Assembly (NCBI GenBank): GCA_027604505.1
Contig: JADIIX010000089.1
Location: 1 to 64,000, forward strand
Reading direction: 5' to 3'
Origin: Gonapodya sp. JEL0774
Taxonomy: Eukaryota
DNA: 64,000 nt
The translations under genes were made by a program, and so were the position numbers. The notes beneath the pieces were generated by a model. The model did not search any database. It saw nothing but the letters and a program-made list of their open reading frames with translations, and was not told the DNA's origin. Each line of letters opens with the position of its first letter. The first letter of the stretch is position 1. Shown piece by piece: positions 12,806-23,761 of this stretch.

Positions 12806-13886
12806 ATGGACGAATCAAAGGAGAAATCCCGTAAACGCGGATTTGGAGGAGTCTATGTCAGCCCTCACAGACGATCCAACGTTGTCGTCGACTCCACCAC
12901 GACTACTACTCCATTCCCTTCTCCCCATCTCCAACCGCCTTCTCAGCCAACTTCCTCGCCAGCATCTCCATCAACAGTGAAAATTAGCGAAGAGAAACAG
13001 TCGGTAGATATCACTTCAGAGACATCAGCGAGTTCCCCCGAGGAAGAGGATTGGGAGAAACTTGTCGACGGCGTGCGTGAAATCACTCTACGAACTTCTT
13101 CCCATGCTGAAGCGAAAAGTAGCAGAATAGAGCAAAAGGCTGGGTTGCTAGATCGCCCTCGGGAAGGTGAAACCAATTTTTTTTTAGATGACCTTGCTCC
13201 TGATGGTGTCTCATTCTTGGGTTGTTCGAAGTTCCAGAACACGAACGGATTCGAACGAAAACACTGAAACTGTCTTCCTTTCCCGCTTCTTGGAAGTCTC
13301 ATGATATTGAGAATATGTTCAAGGAATTTCTTGGAGCGTTTCGGATCAAATGGATCGACGATACATCAGCCTACATTATTTTCTCTGACCCGAACAAGGG
13401 TAGGCACCACTAAAGTTCTGTGTTTTCTCCTCTCGCTCACATATCAATATCCCAAAAAGCAAAAGTGGCGTACGCTTACACATCTGGGGATCCGTTTGTC
13501 ACAGTCACACCACATAACGACTGGGAGTGGTCCGAACCTACGAGTGGACATGCAGACCTCACCGCGCGACCTGTAACAACAGGTGCGTTGAAGCGCATTG
13601 TGGCTGTGGAGAGGTGGAGAAACAACCCAAGTTGAACGCCGTATGTTGCAAGATATTGTCGCCCGTCGGCTCATTTCCGGTGCGCTGGGGATCAATGTTC
13701 GGAGACCCACCGATGAGCAAAAGGTGGAGCAAGCGAAGATGTCGGATGCACGAGGTAAGCACTACACTCCAAAGTCTCCTGTGCGCAGGCGTGATCAACA
13801 TACTCTGTGTATTAGCGAAGAAACAAGCGGAAGCAGCCGAGAAACAGCGAAGGGAAGCAGAAATAAGTGCTGCATTTGGCGATTGA
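12806..13886 (+). CDS. R3HCC1/R3HCC1L-like protein (RRM-like fold plus coiled coil), spliced
   Basis: LKLSSFPASWKSHDI...FRIKWIDDTSAYIIFSDP and RPVTTDIVARRLISGALGI match my recollection of the R3HCC1 family core. Confidence 0.75.
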
Positions 13887-13938
13887 CGAAACGTACACGA
13901 ATCAATAATATAATTCAAAACATGATTTAGTTGCTCTA

Positions 13939-16838
13939 TTACTCCAAGTCACCAATCTTGCTTGATATCAATCGCAGCTTTACGTCTCCAACCTCGAGGT
14001 TATTGTCCGTGTCAAAGGACCCTTTTCCTAGGATCTCCAAGTTCCCGGCATTTGCAAGATGAAGCATTGCAAGGAAGAGCCGACAGATCTCATACGACTC
14101 GTGGTGGATGGCGACAGTGCCGAAAGATTGAATTGCACCTTCGACAAAAGGATGTCAATGAATACTCTCCAAAGTCACTTCTAGAAATTTCCTCACCGGG
14201 TTTCGAACGATTTTGGGCCAATCCGTTGACCACCTTGGTTCCATAATCCATTATATCACATGAGCCCCGAAATTCCTGAATTCAATGGAGTGCTTAGCCA
14301 ATCAACGAGGTCTTAGTACCGAGCATGTCTCACCTGTGTCTCCAAGATCGGTTTCATTTTGTCCTCCCAAGATCTCACACGCTTTGCTATGCCATTCTCT
14401 CTGTCCTCGGAAAATTGCTGCGCTTTTCGTAGATAGTCATCCACATACTTCTTGCAGAGGTCTTCGTACGAACTCGTGAGGGGACCGGCGAGTGCGCCAG
14501 CAGAAATGGCGTCCGCCAAATTGCGATTTGCAGCAGATCCGAGCGCTGGAGTATCATCAGGCACCTGAAAATTATAATTAGCAAAACAGCTATGTAAACT
14601 TTGAGTTCCAATGCGCAAATATACCGGGAACATACCCAAGGCCCGTCCTGCAGGAAATCAACATCTGGTGCATTATTTGCATCATCAACCTCAGGTGCAT
14701 GAAACACACCAGCAGCGACAGTCTCAAGATCGTAGTCGTCATCGGAGGGCGGGTTCATCTGCCAAGGTAGATCAGATGCCTCGTGGCGATCGCCCGATTG
14801 CGCTGTCATTGCTGCGCCTCCAGTATCCTAAACAAGGCGATTAACACATGGAGTTAATCGTAGAAATTTCCTGCAACGCTCACTGCGATCGCGAAGCTAG
14901 CTGTGAATTGTCGCAAGCGATCCTTCCGGCGATTAAGTTCGTTGGCGTATGCATACCCGAACTCTGCAAAGATTTCCGGTGAGCTTGGAAGAATGGAGAC
15001 AAAAATAAGTGTCAGAGACGGACCTTCCCAGTACAAGCCTTTCATAGGGCCATGTGGAATCGAACGCTTCGATGCTTGTTGTGCATCTAGTGATGGTCCG
15101 CTGATGTTAAGCCCAAATTTTGGCGACAAGCTGGGAAAGACTCACTGATATTCTTGAGGAATTGCCGCACGTTGCCGTTTGCCTGCAGTGGGGGAACAGC
15201 GGTCGCCGTTTCACGTTTGTTCCGACGTGCAGGCCGAACTTTGCCTTCGATAAATCACACCTCGCGATAAGCAACTCTTGAAAGCAGACTGCGTATTAAA
15301 AAGTATGAAAGAAACCTTTCCTAGGTGCCTTCGACTTGAGGACTCCGGATTGGTGAGGATCCAACTCCATCCCCCAAGGATCCGGAAGATCCTCCTCTTC
15401 GCCTTGAAACTCAGATAGCGGGAGGTCAGTATCATCGCCAGCGTCGACATAATCAGGCAGCGCAAGACCTGTGTGGATGTAGCCTTAGAATTTCGTCGTT
15501 TCACGGAACATCACGTTGGCACCACTCACCCTCATCGAGAGTCGGGACATCCGCATCCAGGCCCTCACGAATATCCATATGATCTTCGACAGTCACCTCC
15601 ATATGTTCATGCAAATCTGGCCCAACGTCTTGTGTGTCTTCGCCTGCCGCAGACAAGTTAGCGGCAAAAAAAACATCATCCGCTTTCTCGATGACGGCAT
15701 CGGAGACACCGACCCCTCCTTCAACAGTTGCGGCACTAAACTGCAGTCGGTCTTCGCCTTCTTCAAGGTCCATGAGATCGGGGATGGGAGGTTCTTTGAA
15801 TATCTCTGGAAGGGAAAATCGCAGTAGTACAGAGCGAGAGTGATCCAGAATCAAGATGGAACAACCAACCAGGAAGGACACTGTTTGTTTTCCGCTCTAG
15901 TAACAGTTCACCAATTTGGTCGATTAAAAGCGTCCCGCTCGAGTGAACACTAGTAGCATTTATCATCATGTCCCTAATTTTTCCAATTGCCTCTCCGTTT
16001 CGAGAGAACAGGTCCCGCGTCATCCAGCCTTCCCGTAGATCCATCTTCACAAGAAGAGCTGCGGGAACTTGCGGTAACGGGAGAGCATCTCGGATGAGCG
16101 CACGTTCATGAGCATCATCGTCGTCGTAATCCAGAGATGTGCAAACTATTAAGAAAGGGAAACCTGAGACTCGTTTGACGATTCAGAGAAGCAATAAGGA
16201 AGGCTCTACCTTCAATATCGTCAAGTGCTTTCCACTCCATCTCCCCATCTTCGTCGCGACCTGCATCCCCAAGTTTTGGAGGGATTTTCCGTTTCTCCCT
16301 GCGGCATTCAGCGCGCAGTGAGAAGACAATCGAAAGCTCCCGGATAGACTTCCTTATTCTTACTTTTGATTCGTGACATCGGTGAAGAACTGATGGAAAA
16401 ATTTGGCTAGACTTTCAACTTTCTTGCTGTAGATGCTTGATGTCGCCTGCACTAGAATTCCCGCTAGAAACGTGCCATAATAATCGGCGATTGTCACGCA
16501 AGAGACGAGCAGCCAACAAAATCTTCTCATACAGAGGATCCAAACTCACCCTTCCGAAAATCAAGTTGGGCGACGTCAACGACCAACGCTTCCGCAATGT
16601 CTTCCAAGTATTCATCAAGCTCCTTTGTGATATCAATCTTCCATGATTCTGCAAAGTCCCTGATCGGCTTCGTGAGTTTAGCGACCCGGAGTCCTTCTGC
16701 AGATGGCTGGTAGTGGAGTGCAATGTGTGTGGGGAAGTGGACGGCGGAAACCAGGGCATGTACCGATGTCCAACAAACCTCATCGGAATCGTGCGCTATA
16801 CGCTTAATTCCTCCCGTCTGCGGCTTCTGTGATGGCAT
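13939..16838 (-). CDS. NCAPH2: Condensin II kleisin subunit H2 (spliced)
   Basis: LTKPIRDFAESWKIDITKELDEYL, LDF..AAxxIQGTSNIYSKKVE, WMELDPH, SYEDLCKKYV...RVRSWEDKMKPILE, and a C-terminal RLFLAMLHLANAGNLEI. Confidence 0.85.
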
Positions 16839-16906
16839 CGGGATGGTTCAAATGATTACCAATTGCGAGGAATGGTCAACGAGTCAGTGCACAGGCCAGG
16901 ACAAGT

Positions 16907-18389
16907 CTATTGCAAACCAAACGTCTTTCGGATCCAAGAAGACGATACATCATAGACGACAAGAAGAATTCCGCCACCCGGCTTTCAAAAAACAAAACAA
17001 AGGGTTGTGATAAGCTCCCACCCTAAACACAAAAGAGCGTTCTAAACTACTCACACCAAGCCGCCAGACCTTGGGGACAAAACCCTTGTAGAGCGCCCGA
17101 AATCCTTCGGTGCGATATACAAGAGCGTATCCTTTCAGGGTGGGTTTATACTTTGAGATTTGCAAGCCAACAACGCAGTTCCCTTTAATTTCAACGTGAA
17201 CGTAAAACTCGGAATCCAACATACTGTTCGGTCATCTGGTGGTGAGTTCTGAATCCGTGATTTTAACATCTGGAGGTAAAGAGCACGATAGGATGCAGTT
17301 AAACAGCGTACCCATTTCAGTAAAACGTACATCGAACGGTGTGTTTATCATCTGGACCAAATTCAAAGGTTAGACAATCAGCTGGTAGACAGGCAAGAAT
17401 GTATTTCCCTCACCGTTCCGACTGTTCCTCCTGATCAAATTTGAAATGGTTTCACTCAGGAGTCCGCAAGAGAAGGCATAAACAAACGAATGGATTCTCT
17501 TTCGTCGACATACCTAATGCCCCTGAGAGGAAGTTCTTCGTCATGGCAACAGACTTTGAATCATCTTTACTGACGGGGAACAAACTCCGTGCGTAGCTTC
17601 CATTCCAGTGGGTAGACAGTTGTGCAAAGTGGGATACCACACGAGTGCGAACCATTACACCCACTGAATTACACCGAAGTAGCCTGCATTCCACGAACCA
17701 TTCCGCCATAATGTCGCTCCAAGTCCATTGTAGAAAGCGAAAAGACCTTGGAGGATTGGAGGCGCATCGCACATGGGGCAATTAATGGGTGGGCGAGGCA
17801 ATCGTAGCGCAATGGACGCTCAGATCAAAAACCTTCTGACCGCGCAACCTTCATGACGCAATCCACGGTGCCGCTGTATTTCCCCGCATTAGCCCGATCC
17901 TGCAACCTGATTTTTACTAAATCACTGGGACAGATTATGACACCTTCGCTCATTCCTGCAAAAAGGCCCACTACGGTTGATGTCGCCTGAGAGGGGGCGA
18001 ACCCCCATTTTCTGGCAATTGCTGTGTAGGTATCATTGGCACCAAACTTGACCGCACGTTTTGGCGCTTCTGCGAGAATTGGTGGAATGATTCCTCGGTA
18101 CAACTTCAAAGGTCCTTCATTCTTGACGATTTGTCTTAAACAGTCGTACATGGAACTGTACTGGCCTTTACCAATCTCGAGCTGAAATCGTGTTTTTACA
18201 ACGTCGAGTGGGTACATGGTCATGATCTCTGTGCACCCGGCAATGGCACCAGCGAGGAGAGCAAACTGAAAAGGGAGAGGCTTGGGTGGTGCTTTGTGGC
18301 CGTGGTATCAGTATGCGAAGTGTTACAGAATCTCCACGATGATGCGTGGGAGAAAACGCACAGGATGACGGAGAGGCCGTTGAAGTCAT
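16907..18389 (-). CDS. ODC1: Mitochondrial 2-oxodicarboxylate carrier (SLC25A21-like), spliced
   Basis: PLPFQFALLAGAIAG.TEI..MYPLDVVKTRFQL, LYRGIIPPILAEAPKRAVKF, INTPFD, ALYKGFVPKVWRLGPGGGILLVVYD. Confidence 0.88.
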
Positions 18390-18530
18390 TTCGTGTTTCA
18401 GATGTAAATCGATTCCAGTCAAGGAGAAAGGCAGAAAGCAGGTCTGAAGAGTTTTCTTTCAAGCTTTTACCGGCAAATCTTTTAGCCCGTTCTTCGCCTC
18501 TGACTTCCCATCCCACTAACTTTATTTCTC

Positions 18531-19408
18531 ATGTCTTCCGAAGAGCTCCGCAAAGAAGCGCGCAACCTCATTGCTCAACGAGACAAGATAGAGTCGGAGA
18601 TTGGGGCTTACGAGGATGTCTTGAAATCCAATAACTCGGACATGACCAGTTCACTCGTTGATCGGGAAGGATTCCCACTCGCAGACCTGGATCTCGTTAC
18701 GATTCGAACTGCGAGAAACTCCATCATTCGTTAGTGACTTCCCCTGTCCTCGTTCCTCTCCGTTGCCTGCTTTGACCTGCTGATCTCGCCCCCAAGGCTT
18801 GCGTAATGATTATAAGAATCTCACGAGTCGCATTGAGTCTTCCCTCCACCGTTTTCACGAGCAGGTAAAGACAGAAAAACAAACTTCCACAGAAGCGTTG
18901 AAACCTGTCCACCTGCCGTTCGCCCGGGTCAACGCTGTCGCTCCAGACTCTCCAGCACAAAGTGAGAGCGCAAGTATATCCTTTCATGTGTGCTCATAAT
19001 CGTTCCACCGTTTGCATTCCTTACGAAGGTGCTGGACTCAAAAGAGATGACGAGATTGTAACTTTTGGGCAGGTACGTTTTTGCTCGCGTCCTTCATCAC
19101 ATTTACGCATACTCTGAACCCCATAATCATTCATTCTTTTCAGACTCATGAATTCGCTTCTCTCTCCGCGATCGTTACCGCCAATGAAAATGTGAGTGCA
19201 AAGGTCACTCTCTGTAGTCTTAATTGAGAGCAACAGGTCACGGTGGCTCTCATTCTGTGAACCACGAAAACTCGTGCATTCACTGCAATAGAAACATATT
19301 CAGGTGGTCATCCGTAGAGCAGGTGTGGAAGAGTTGCTAACTTTGATCATCGTACCCCAAAAGTGGAGTGGAAAGGGATTATTGGGTTGCCATATTGTAC
19401 CAGCATGA
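18531..19408 (+). CDS. NAS2: 26S proteasome assembly chaperone Nas2/PSMD9 (PDZ), spliced
   Basis: SLVDREGFPLADLDLVTIRTARNSIIRLRND, PFARVNAVAPDSPA, PQKWSGKGLLGCHIVP. Confidence 0.93.
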
Positions 19409-19577
19409 TTTAACTGGCAAGAATTCTCTGGTGTTTCGATTTTCATATCGGGGCTTTCTCAGCTCGTGTGGGGGGGTTGAGCCGAAGTGTTGGGGCTGAG
19501 CAAGTCTTCAAGTTCGCCCAAAACGCGTTCCTCTCAGTACTCTCTTGACTGTTTACCTCAGAACCCTCCACGCCGAA

Positions 19578-20709
19578 ATGACCTCTATTGAGTACTGTGA
19601 GAATCTCCTGACTATATGCGGTCACTGCTTCCCGCATCTGAATGAGCAGCGGGCCAGAGGCGCCATCCCCACGACGGGCCTCCTGGCGACGCGCGCCTGA
19701 GCGTGGCGAGTGGACACAGAGCGCATCTTATTTAGATTTGAATGTATGAGTATGTGGTCCCGTTGCTGACGATCCGTTTTCTGGTTTCTCTCCGGTCCTA
19801 TTTTTGTGTCTCCCGCTTCTACCTGCGCCGTCTTCCTCTTGACCCCATGAGGCCCTATCTACGCCTCCTTCTTTGGGAGCATGGGAGTGGCCTCGGCTAT
19901 TGTGTTCTCCAGTGAGTGGACTCTACCCTGAAATTGACGTATCTACCGTTTGCGCCAGCTCTCCGGTCGCTCATCGCCATGGAACAACCCTTTCACCTTT
20001 GTTAAAGGCTTCGGTGCCGCGTACGGCACCGCGAAGTCTGGTGTCGGTATCTCGGCCATGGGGGTCATGAGGCCTGAACTCATCATGAAGTCCATTGTCC
20101 CTGTCGTCATGGTGAGATACCCAGCTTTTTATTTGTCATTGCTTAGCATTATTTTGCTGCGATTTCGGGCATCGAATTGGGCTTTAAGAGGTCGATTACT
20201 GAAACTTGATAAATTCCCACTAGGCGGGTATCATTGCTATCTACGGCCTGGTCGTTGGTGTACTTGTATCTGGTGGCCTTGATATCAAACAGACTCTTTT
20301 CTCGTACGTAGAGTCTCTTGTTACAGTTTTGTTATTGTATTGGGTTGTTTGGGTGAGACTTTGACGGAATTGCATTGCACTTCGTCTTTGCGCTTGGAAC
20401 CTGCTAGGGGTATGATCCAACTTGGGGCTGGTCTTTCGGTCGGTCTCGCTGGTCTGGCCGCCGGATTCGCCATCGGTATTGTCGGTGACGCCGGTGTGCG
20501 CGGAACTGCACAGCAGCCCCGTCTCTTTGTGGGCATGATTCTCATTCTCATTTTCGCAGAAGTGCTGGGGTGGGTATCCGATTTCCATGAGCCTTGTATC
20601 CGTTCCTCACGGTTTTGTGACCAATTGCGCCCCTCCCAGTCTGTACGGTCTCATCGTCGCTCTGATTCTTAACACGAAGGCAACAGGTGACCAAGCCAAA
20701 TGTGCTTAA
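19578..20709 (+). CDS. VMA3: V-ATPase 16 kDa proteolipid subunit c (spliced; first exons tentative)
   Basis: [86 protein letters not shown]. Confidence 0.95.
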
Positions 20710-20966
20710 TCTACAAGTTGGAGATGATTCCGTGTGATTTGTAGCCAGTCAACGTATGGTCAGTCGAATTCGGGAATTGTATCATTGAAGGTTGCAGGCA
20801 AATGTGTGTAGGGGTAAACTTGCGTGAGGTTTTTAATCATGGCTTGATGGTTTAATAGAAACCTGGATACTTCTGTTTGTGTTTTTCGTGTTGTTTTTAC
20901 TGACAGAGGAGGATAAGTAATGGGGGTCGGTGAAACATGACAGTGCTGCAAGTCTGCACTCCCATC

Positions 20967-23553
20967 ATGACAGAGGACCAGCCCCCATGGCGGACTCAGG
21001 TACCATTACCTTACAGTGAAGAAGCTATCGATTGCATCGAATTCCTGACTCCTCAATTCCTTCCGGCCACAAATCCCTGCGCTTTTGTGCATTCTTATCT
21101 GATCGACATGGAATCCACCACGATTCACCATTTCCATTCTTGCAATTCCACGATTGAATTCTACTCCAGTACCATACTATTGCTGCCACAAGCTTCAAAA
21201 GTCCAACATTCCTCACCACCGACAAATGTGCAAGTGGGTATTCGAAGCGTTGGAAGTCGTTCACGGACAAGGTGCTCCAAGGCACATATCATGGTTTTTT
21301 GTCGGAATAAGGTATGCTCGAAAAAACCCTCGAGATGCACACGGACTCGGATTACTCGTGGGCCATCGTGAGCAAACCTGAAGGTACGGCGAATATGGCG
21401 AATGTTACACTCGAATACTGCACCACACCCTATCCTCGTTCTCATTCACCCCAACGCACTCGCCTTCCGTTCTCGCCTCGTACGGGGAATTAGCCTCCCA
21501 CCTCTTTTTCTTCCACGTGCCAGACGCCGCCACGAACGAGCCACTCCCACCGGACGGGTACGGATGGTTGGATGACGAGGTGCTGCGGGAACGGAAGACG
21601 TTGCCGGGGGCCAGAGTAGGTATCGCATGACCGTTTAAGGAATGTCATTGCTTTTGCGATTGTGGTGGTGCGATGATGAGAGCCTTGATCCTAACCATCG
21701 GGTTCCCGTTTTTCGAACCCGTCTAGGAAATCGAAGTGTACGAACGGTTGCAAGGATTTGATACGGGAGAAACAATGGCATCTGTTTCTCGACGGAGGTA
21801 CAGGTTGTTTGGTGGGAAAAAGCCAGAGATGTGTGCGATGCATTATGTCAAGCACGAAGGTGAGCTCCGTGGTGGCCGCACGCTCGCTCGCTAGAGGACG
21901 AACCTTTACAACATGTAACCCACACACACACACACACATTTAACGACTCACCCGTCGCTCCATGTCTCGTCACCACAACTACCTTCGCCACCCATCAAGG
22001 CCCCCTCGTCCCTGTCACCCCTGCACAAATCAAAGTCCATCCCTCGGCACGCCTGAACCCGTACCGGTACCCTGCTCAAGCGACAGCACCAGCCCCGCCC
22101 GGTGTGAACCCCGTCGTTCGACACAAGGTGGCTGCGAAAGCCGCTGCGGTACAGGCAACAGCGGCGGCGGTGGCGGCGGTCGTGGGAGGACATGCGGGAC
22201 AGCAGGGTCAAAGAGCGGGAATGAAGGTGGGCAAGGCGGGACGATGGGCGGAGTCTGTTGTGCAGTGGGAGAGAGAGACTTGGGGCACGGTCTTCTTGTT
22301 CCAATTTATATTTTCTTTCTTTTCTGTTCGAATGTACTCGCCAGCGCCCACACCCTGATGATGGTCATGAGACTACTGGTGGTGTGTAGAAACGGTGGTG
22401 GTACTTTGTCTGACGCGATGTGGTGGTGCTCATCGCCTCGACCTCACACACCACACGTCACACCGTTTCACCTCATACCCTTCGTCCCTTCGGGCACCGA
22501 CATTTTCTCATCATTCAAACTCATTCTCACCGCTTCATCGCGAATTACACCACCGCACCGCGCCTCCGGGTCACCCTTTCGACCTTTCGACACAGACGAT
22601 ATGGACCAACTGACCCTCCGCGACGTGGCGCTGGAACGGTACATGCGGAACCACGAATCCATGGCGGAGATTCTGTCGCCGTTTCAAGCGAGTGAGTTTG
22701 AAGGAGGGGGGGGGGGCGCTGGCAGGGGAGCCGATTGATTTGTCGGACATCACCGCGCGGCGCCCGTGTTGTGCCGTGCCGTTGCTTCTCTGATTTGATT
22801 CGACTTTTAGCCCAAATCACCCCACCCGACGCTGTACCTAAGTATTTGGATCAAGAAGCGAGGACCAGAATACGGGAGGAGATAGTGGGTAGTACACCGC
22901 CGCTATATTTCTCCCCCCCCCCCCCGTTTGCCCTGTCCGCACTCAGTGTGTGGTGAAGTTCTCTCCAGAGGCACTCCGTTCCTTATCATTTCCCGTTCCC
23001 CGACCCACGCATGCACGCCCCCATGTTCCATGTTTCCGTTCGTTGCTCTCAGGCCCGTATACGTGACGACATCTCGGCAATGGCTGAGTCGCATAAAGCG
23101 GCTACGACGGGGTTTCAAGAGAGGGCCGCCAAGGTGTGGCAGGCGTATGAGAAGGTGGAACAGGTGGAGAATAAGGAGGTGGGTTGTGGGGTGCTGTGAG
23201 GGGGTGTGGGTCTGTGAGACGGGTGCAACTTGGGCGTCCAGGTGTGACACTGCGCAACGTCAGTTGGCAAACTGCCGGGTTGTCCCTCTACCCAACATCC
23301 CTTATGCAGTGCTAGTGTGGTGCGTCCTCAAGCGTGCATGTCCCCATGTTCAAACCTTCGCACATCTCACTTCACATTTCCCCACCCACTGACTCGTCCT
23401 TTGTTGCTCGTTCTCCGCGGGGGGGGGGGGGGNNNNNNNNNNCCTGGACGCGCCATTCAGGCCCTGACCGCGCTGATCCAAGACTACGAGGTGGAGCACG
23501 GTGTCACGATAGAGAGCAGTGCGTACAGGAAAGTGCACACTGTGGTGTCGTAG
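20967..23553 (+). CDS. Ssr4-like SWI/SNF-RSC subunit (DUF1750-type), spliced; spans an assembly gap
   Basis: Exons LFFFHVPD..EPLPPDGYGWLDDE, EIEVYERLQGFDTGETMASVSRRRYRL..MHY and DDMDQLTLRDVALERYMRNHESMAEILSP resemble the Ssr4 N- and C-terminal motifs as I recall them. Confidence 0.65.
23433..23442. other. Assembly gap (10 N) following a poly-G run
   Basis: An N run in the sequence. Confidence 1.
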
Positions 23554-23761
23554 CAGAACAGCAGGAAGGGTGCCCTGTCATGTGTCGTAGCAGAACAGCG
23601 GGAAGGTACCCTGTAATCAAAGTTGAGGATAAGAGTGTGGCGGCGAAGTAACACAGAGACACAGAACATTGCGAGACAGATCATGGTCACTGTTTCATTT
23701 GATGTGTATACAGAATACAGCTCAAGACATTGTTACTTTACTTGAATACCATCTGCGCATC

